A stretch of 31,682 bases of DNA, taken from the NCBI GenBank assembly GCA_964016885.1, contig CAXHJY010001170.1:1-31682 (forward strand), in the 5' to 3' direction. Below are positions 25,048 to 31,682 of the stretch, in pieces. Position numbers and translations under genes: made by a program. The notes under the pieces were generated by a model that saw only the letters and a list, made by a program, of their open reading frames with translations, was not told the DNA's origin and searched no databases. This DNA is from Eledone cirrhosa. Lineage: Eukaryota. Position 1 is the first letter of the stretch. Each line of letters starts with the position of its first letter.

Positions 25048-25080
<33 letters not shown>

Positions 25081-25317
25081 CATGTATATGGGGAGCCATT
25101 TGCTATCATGCCTTTGATCATAGGCTGTGAGCTGAAGCTAAAAGACAATAGACAAATCTCAAGTCGTGCATATACACGAGTCTTTAACATTCCTTAATAT
25201 ATCACTGTGACTCTCGTAACCCTCTTCTTACCACTTCTCTATGCATCACCATCACTACGTCTACCACAATCATTTTTCCATTACCTTTTCGTATGACACA
25301 CTTGACAGAACAGCCCA

Positions 25318-25494
25318 CTCTCTCTCTCTCTCTCTCTCACTCTTTCGCTCTCTCTCTCTCTCTCACTCTCTCTCTCTTTCTCTTTCTCTCTGTGTCTCTC
25401 TGTCTCTCTCTCTCTCTGTCTCTCTGTCTGTCTCTCTCCCTCTCTCGTTCTCTCTCTTTCTCTCGCTCTCTCTCTTCATGTCTCTATCTCTCTT

Positions 25495-25542
<48 letters not shown>

Positions 25543-25572
25543 CGACACACACACATATACATACATACATAC
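25318..25572. repeat. Compound (CT)n-(CA)n microsatellite
   Basis: Imperfect CT run to about 25493, then a CA run. Confidence 0.95.
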
Positions 25573-25694
25573 ACCGTCACAGAAAAGCCAGATGTCACCA
25601 ATGAGCAATTTTTGTTGGATTACTCACATGAAGAGTTATTTCCCACGCTGAAGCATCAAACACAATAAAGAAGAAAGTGAGAGCAACAGACAGA

Positions 25695-25695
25695 A

Positions 25696-25764
<69 letters not shown>
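25695..25764. repeat. (GA)n microsatellite
   Basis: Read directly. Confidence 0.95.
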
Positions 25765-25768
<4 letters not shown>

Positions 25769-25929
25769 GTGTGTGAGAAAATTAATTAACGCAGAGCAAT
25801 AATTGTCAGCTGTTGCGTTAATGAAGCGGAGTTCGGAATGTCTCGTTTATAAAGGTGTGGCTTCTTTGATTGTAAATTGTACCTTTTGCAGTAGCTCTTC
25901 CTTTTTACAATTACGATATTGACACTAAT

Positions 25930-25939
25930 GTCACGTGAC
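25930..25939. promoter_or_regulatory. GTCACGTGAC palindromic E-box (USF/MiT-TFE-type motif), function unproven
   Basis: Exact 10-bp match in non-repetitive sequence; motif match only. Confidence 0.25.
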
Positions 25940-26179
25940 CGCGACAATCAACACCATACATATTATCGACAACAACATTAACAAGTATGAACCAAAGACA
26001 TAACCTTTTAATCCTCTAGAAATAGCAACTAAATCTACTTCAGTTCATGCCCTGATGTCTTTGAAGAATGTTATAGTGAACTGTAAATTAAGAGTCTGTA
26101 ACTTTATTATGTTTTCCGAATCAGTGATCACTCACTATATGGTCATTCGTCTCTCTAAAAGTAGCATATATACTTCTTG

Positions 26180-26182
<3 letters not shown>

Positions 26183-26250
<68 letters not shown>
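26183..26250. repeat. (CA)n-(TA)n microsatellite
   Basis: Read directly. Confidence 0.95.
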
Positions 26251-26512
26251 GTGTTAGGTAATTGCGAAGGAAAAGCAAAGGAAAAAAGAGTGCTCTATGT
26301 ATAGAACAGAGCTATTTCATTAGAAAGTGAACAACACAAAATATAACTACTCCATTACCAAAGGTTTCTGGATCTCAGACAATATTAATATACGTCTGGA
26401 TCGGTCATCAGATATTGATGTTATGGATAACCGATCCAGACGTATATTAATAATGTCTGAGATCCAGAAACCTTTGGTAATAGAGTAGTTATATTTTGTG
26501 TTGTTCACTTTC

Positions 26513-26516
<4 letters not shown>
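26251..26516 (-). mobile_element. Fold-back island 6: 91-bp inverted repeat with left tail, containing a hammerhead; putative inverted pseudo-LTR pair
   Basis: Arms 26319-26409 and 26426-26516, 3 mismatches, 16-nt loop; the right arm abuts (TA)n. Confidence 0.7.
26350..26416 (-). ncRNA. Type I hammerhead ribozyme motif, near complete but possibly inactive
   Basis: Minus strand: aatat-CTGATGA-cc-GATC-CAGAC-(13 nt)-GTCTG-a-GATC-ca-GAAACC-ttt-GGTA-atggag. All core boxes are in order. Stem I is only about 3 bp and the base of stem II is mismatched. Confidence 0.6.
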
Positions 26517-26549
<33 letters not shown>

Positions 26550-26563
26550 ATATATATATATAT

Positions 26564-26644
26564 AATGAAAACTTGAACAGGAACAAAACAGAGAGGCAGT
26601 ACAACGAATGTTTATTAATTTCACGCTCTTGAGAGTGGGGTGGT

Positions 26645-26645
<1 letters not shown>
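26564..26645 (-). mobile_element. Family B 3' fragment between (TA)n tracts
   Basis: ACAGAGAGGCAGTACAACGAATGTTTATTAATTTCACGCT resembles 22587-22620; AATAAA on the minus strand. Confidence 0.5.
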
Positions 26646-26698
<53 letters not shown>

Positions 26699-27134
26699 GA
26701 TGATTAACACGGATAAACGATATAATAGGGTTTTATTCCAAGCATTAACATATGTTTCATCTTCTAATAAGCAATTGATTCATGTCTTGAAATCGCTAAC
26801 ATCAATAGTTGATTGGTTATTGTGAAATTATATAAACATATGTATGCTTACGTAAAACGAATTGTTAATTTTTCAAGCCCTAACTTAACAAACATTTAAC
26901 GCTGCTACACACCTAATAATTAGCCACTATCCTCTAGATGCTTTCAAGATGCATGTGGGTACATTGCAGATATACCTTATTAGCTACGGTACTGTAGTTT
27001 TCATCGAAAATGGGTGACCAAATATTAGGGTTCATTCAATATTATAAATTTCAAGAAATATTTGAATGGTGGTTTGGCAAACATTCGTAGAGCAACGAAC
27101 TTATAGTATTTCAGTATTTAACTACAGCTAATTA

Positions 27135-27288
27135 CGTTTGGGGTTCAAATTGCTTTAGGCTCGACTATAGCTTCGTACTTTCAGAGGTCGGTAAAATAAA
27201 CTCGTGGCTTGATATATCGAGTATATCGATTATATCTACAACTTACCAGACACCCCATGAAATATTTGGCTTTGTACTTAGTTAAGAA
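27135..27288 (+). mobile_element. Highly degenerate SINE
   Basis: GGTTCAAAT...GGCTCGACT...GGTCGGTAAAATAA...TTTGGCTTTGTAC follows the landmark order of the other SINEs. Confidence 0.55.
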
Positions 27289-27666
27289 TCCATTCCAAAC
27301 TGGAAGAAACGCCCCAGCTATTGTCTAACTCGATTCACTCTGGTGTCTCCATTTTCGATTTCGTATTCAAATATTACATCTTATTACCCCTCCACGATAT
27401 TTGGCTTTGTATTTAGTTAAGAAACCATTCCAAATTGCAAGAAACGTCCCAGCTATTGTCTAACTCGATTCACTCTGGTGTCTCCATTTTCGATTTCGTA
27501 TTCAAATATTACATCTTACTATCCCTCCACGATATTTGGCTTTGTACTTAGTTAAGAATCCATTCCAAACTGAAAGAAACGCCCCAGCTATTGTCTAACT
27601 CGATTCACTCTGGTGTCTCCATTCTCGATTTCGTATTCAAATATTACATCTTACTATCCCTCCACA
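27262..27666. repeat. 135-bp tandem triplication
   Basis: Units start with ATATTTGGCTTTGTA at 27262, 27397 and 27532; few substitutions, no indels. Confidence 0.95.
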
Positions 27667-27863
27667 ATAAACTACAATTGCTTACATCCTTCCTCTTTCT
27701 CTCGGAAATATTTCATCCCAGGATAGAAAAATGTTAAATCAATTATATTGTTTATGCATTATTTCTACGTCTGTGTATGTGATGTGATGTGTTGAGAAAA
27801 ACGAGATCTAATACGAAGCAGTGAAACGCACAATTGATATCTGAGGATAATGTGTAAATATGG

Positions 27864-27909
<46 letters not shown>

Positions 27910-27922
27910 TATATGTGTGTGT

Positions 27923-27958
<36 letters not shown>

Positions 27959-28220
27959 ATATATATATCTATGTATTTATATATGTATATATGTTTATAT
28001 ATGTATATATGTTTATATATATATATGTATATATGTTTATATATGTATATATGTTTATATATATATATATATATATGTTTATATATATATATAAACATAT
28101 ATATATATATATTTTATATATAGACATATATATATAAACATATATATATTATATATATAGACATATATATATAAACATATTTATATATATATATACATGT
28201 ATATATATAAATACACATAT

Positions 28221-28259
<39 letters not shown>

Positions 28260-28260
28260 C

Positions 28261-28294
<34 letters not shown>

Positions 28295-28507
28295 ACATAC
28301 ATATATATATATATATACATACATATATATATATATATATACATACATCTATATATATATACATACATATATATATATATATATACATACATATATATAT
28401 ATATAAATACATACATATATTATATATATATAAATACATACATATATATATATATATATAAATACATACATATCTATATATATAAATACATACATATCTA
28501 TATACAA

Positions 28508-28539
<32 letters not shown>
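27864..28539. repeat. Degenerate (TA)n-based low-complexity array
   Basis: TA runs interrupted by ATGT, ACAT and GTTT motifs. Confidence 0.95.
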
Positions 28540-28856
28540 TTGAGAGACAGGTGTAAATATACGAGTGTTTCCGCTTCCGTTTGCTGTATTTTAAAGGCAA
28601 GCAACCAAGCATGTAAAATACGCATCCCATGGAGACATCAACATATAACCGGTCATTCAACATCATACAAAATATAAAGAGCAATGTTAATCTATTTCTC
28701 CGCTCTTTGCTTTGTTCTGTTATATAGATAGCACGACATGCAACGTGGAGTGGTAGTAAGATACTCCTGGGACAACGAGAGCTGAGCAGCACACTGTTTC
28801 CATTACAGATTGGGCACGTCGTTCGTTCGACATCTATTGTTCTCATTTTTCCACCG
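28540..28856. other. 317-bp non-repetitive island embedded in (TA)n arrays, probably a mobile-element fragment
   Basis: Sharp boundaries with TA arrays on both sides; minus-strand GAAAC-ACTC-GTA at 28571-28560. Confidence 0.35.
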
Positions 28857-30480
<1,624 letters not shown>

Positions 30481-30571
30481 TGGAAACATTGAGCGACGAG
30501 TGAGTTGAAATATTTAGAAATGTAGAGAATTTCGAACGCCTGATTATAGTCGTGAACACACCGTTGTTTAG
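30481..30571. other. About 90-bp island between TA arrays
   Basis: Non-repetitive segment flanked by (TA)n; identity unknown. Confidence 0.3.
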
Positions 30572-30694
30572 TATATATATATATAGGCATGTATATATTT
30601 ATATATATATATAGGTACATATATATACATACATACATACATACAAACACACACACACACATACACACACATATATATACAAATAAATAAATAA

Positions 30695-30737
<43 letters not shown>

Positions 30738-30944
30738 AAAGGTTTTTTGTAATCCAAGGACAACAAGAGGAGTTCAACGTTCTATGTTGACCTGCTAGAA
30801 ATAATAACTTCCATAAATGGTAAAAAACATCTCTTGGCATTAAATTTTAATTTTTACCTGATTGTGGTCGTGTGGGATTCCTAAATTAACCTGAGGTATT
30901 CGGCTAACTTTTAATGATATTATTATCATTGTTACCCTTCATGA

Positions 30945-31110
30945 TCTGCGTTCAAATCCCGCCGAGGTTAGCTTTGCCTTTCATCTTTATGTGGTCGATA
31001 AAATAAAGCCGCAGTAACGCGCTGGAGTCGATTTAATCGACTCTTCCCCTCAAACTAGATTGCTGGCCTTGTGCCTATATATGACTCTATTAATACTATT
31101 ATTATTATTA
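30945..31110 (+). mobile_element. tRNA-derived SINE, 5'-truncated, with (TAT)n tail
   Basis: B-box-like GTTCAAATCC, CGCCGAGGTTAGCTTTGCCTTTCATC, GTCGATTTAATCGAC, GCTGGCCTTGTGCC. Confidence 0.85.
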
Positions 31111-31298
31111 GCGGTGACTTGGCAGTATCGGTAGAGGGTCTGACGCCAACCTTTGATGCATAGAGTTACGGCTCTTGCCATTCTGAGTTCAAATCCTGCC
31201 GAGGTTAACTTTGCCTTTCATCCTTACGGGGTCAATGAAATAAAGTACTAGTAATACACTGGGTAATTGTTGGCCTTGTGCCAAAAGTAGAAACAATT
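31111..31298 (+). mobile_element. Near full-length tRNA-derived SINE with internal deletion
   Basis: A-box-like TGGCAGTATCGG (about 31120) and B-box-like GAGTTCAAATCC (31185). Same body as the upstream copy but lacking the CGATTTAATCGAC segment. Confidence 0.85.
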
Positions 31299-31536
31299 AC
31301 TGGTTCTTTCGGGTCCAAAATAATAGTGGGGTTGTCCTGGAATAGGTGGGGGAGTTGGATTAAGTGGGGGTTTGGAGAATCGGTAATTTATATATCTTAG
31401 TAAGGCAGCTTCATCATGAGAGACATAAGGTCGTATTTGTCTAATAGAGATTTAATCTGCTATATTTATATGAATGTATGTATGTATGTATGAATGTATA
31501 TATGTATATATGCACGTATGTGTAGGGAAGACATGA

Positions 31537-31682
31537 GAGGGTCGGACACCATGCTTTGTAGCATAGAGTTACGTCTCGTTACAGTCTGAGTTCAAATCCC
31601 GCCGAGGTTAACTTTGCCTTTCATCCTTACGGGGGTCAATGAAATAAAGTACTAGTAATACACTGGGTAATTGTTGGCCTTG
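31537..31682 (+). mobile_element. SINE copy paralogous to 31133-31278, running off the window edge
   Basis: Same internal deletion; the 3' ~97 bp differ by only one substitution and one extra G. Confidence 0.85.

Noticed and set aside
21439-26516. Classical MITEs with TA target duplications or pre-miRNAs
   Set aside because: The repeats are asymmetric, the same family inverts at different points, and arms are too long or too perfect for typical pre-miRNAs. Disfavoured but not formally excluded.
30481-30571. Hammerhead in the island (minus-strand CGAAATT)
   Set aside because: No CTGANGA and no convincing stem III or cleavage triplet.
31111-31200. tRNA gene
   Set aside because: A and B boxes are present but there is no cloverleaf, and the sequence continues into the SINE body.

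Overview
Non-coding, repeat-dominated animal DNA. The tRNA-derived SINEs and microsatellite load resemble a coleoid cephalopod (Octopus-like); this is recalled, not searched. No credible protein-coding gene is present, and the long ORFs are artefacts of repeats. Bases 1-19983 are a purine-rich 25-bp satellite (about 800 units) with irregular higher-order blocks. It is followed by a 29-bp minisatellite, a (GGT/GAT)n array, and 10 kb of short islands separated by (TA)n tracts, plus SINEs and a 135-bp triplication. The main signal is in these islands. Six are fold-back inverted repeats (arms about 20-263 bp) with the same asymmetry: the right arm abuts (TA)n and the left arm carries an unpaired tail. 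Several islands contain hammerhead-ribozyme (HHR) motifs: one near-complete type I core at 26350-26416 (-), a stem III with a compensatory base-pair change between arms at 24357-24484, and several GAAAC-loop-GTH halves. The best interpretation, which is inference, is a cluster of (TA)n-associated, HHR-bearing Penelope-like pseudo-LTR or retrozyme-like mini-elements inserted as inverted pairs with a strand bias.
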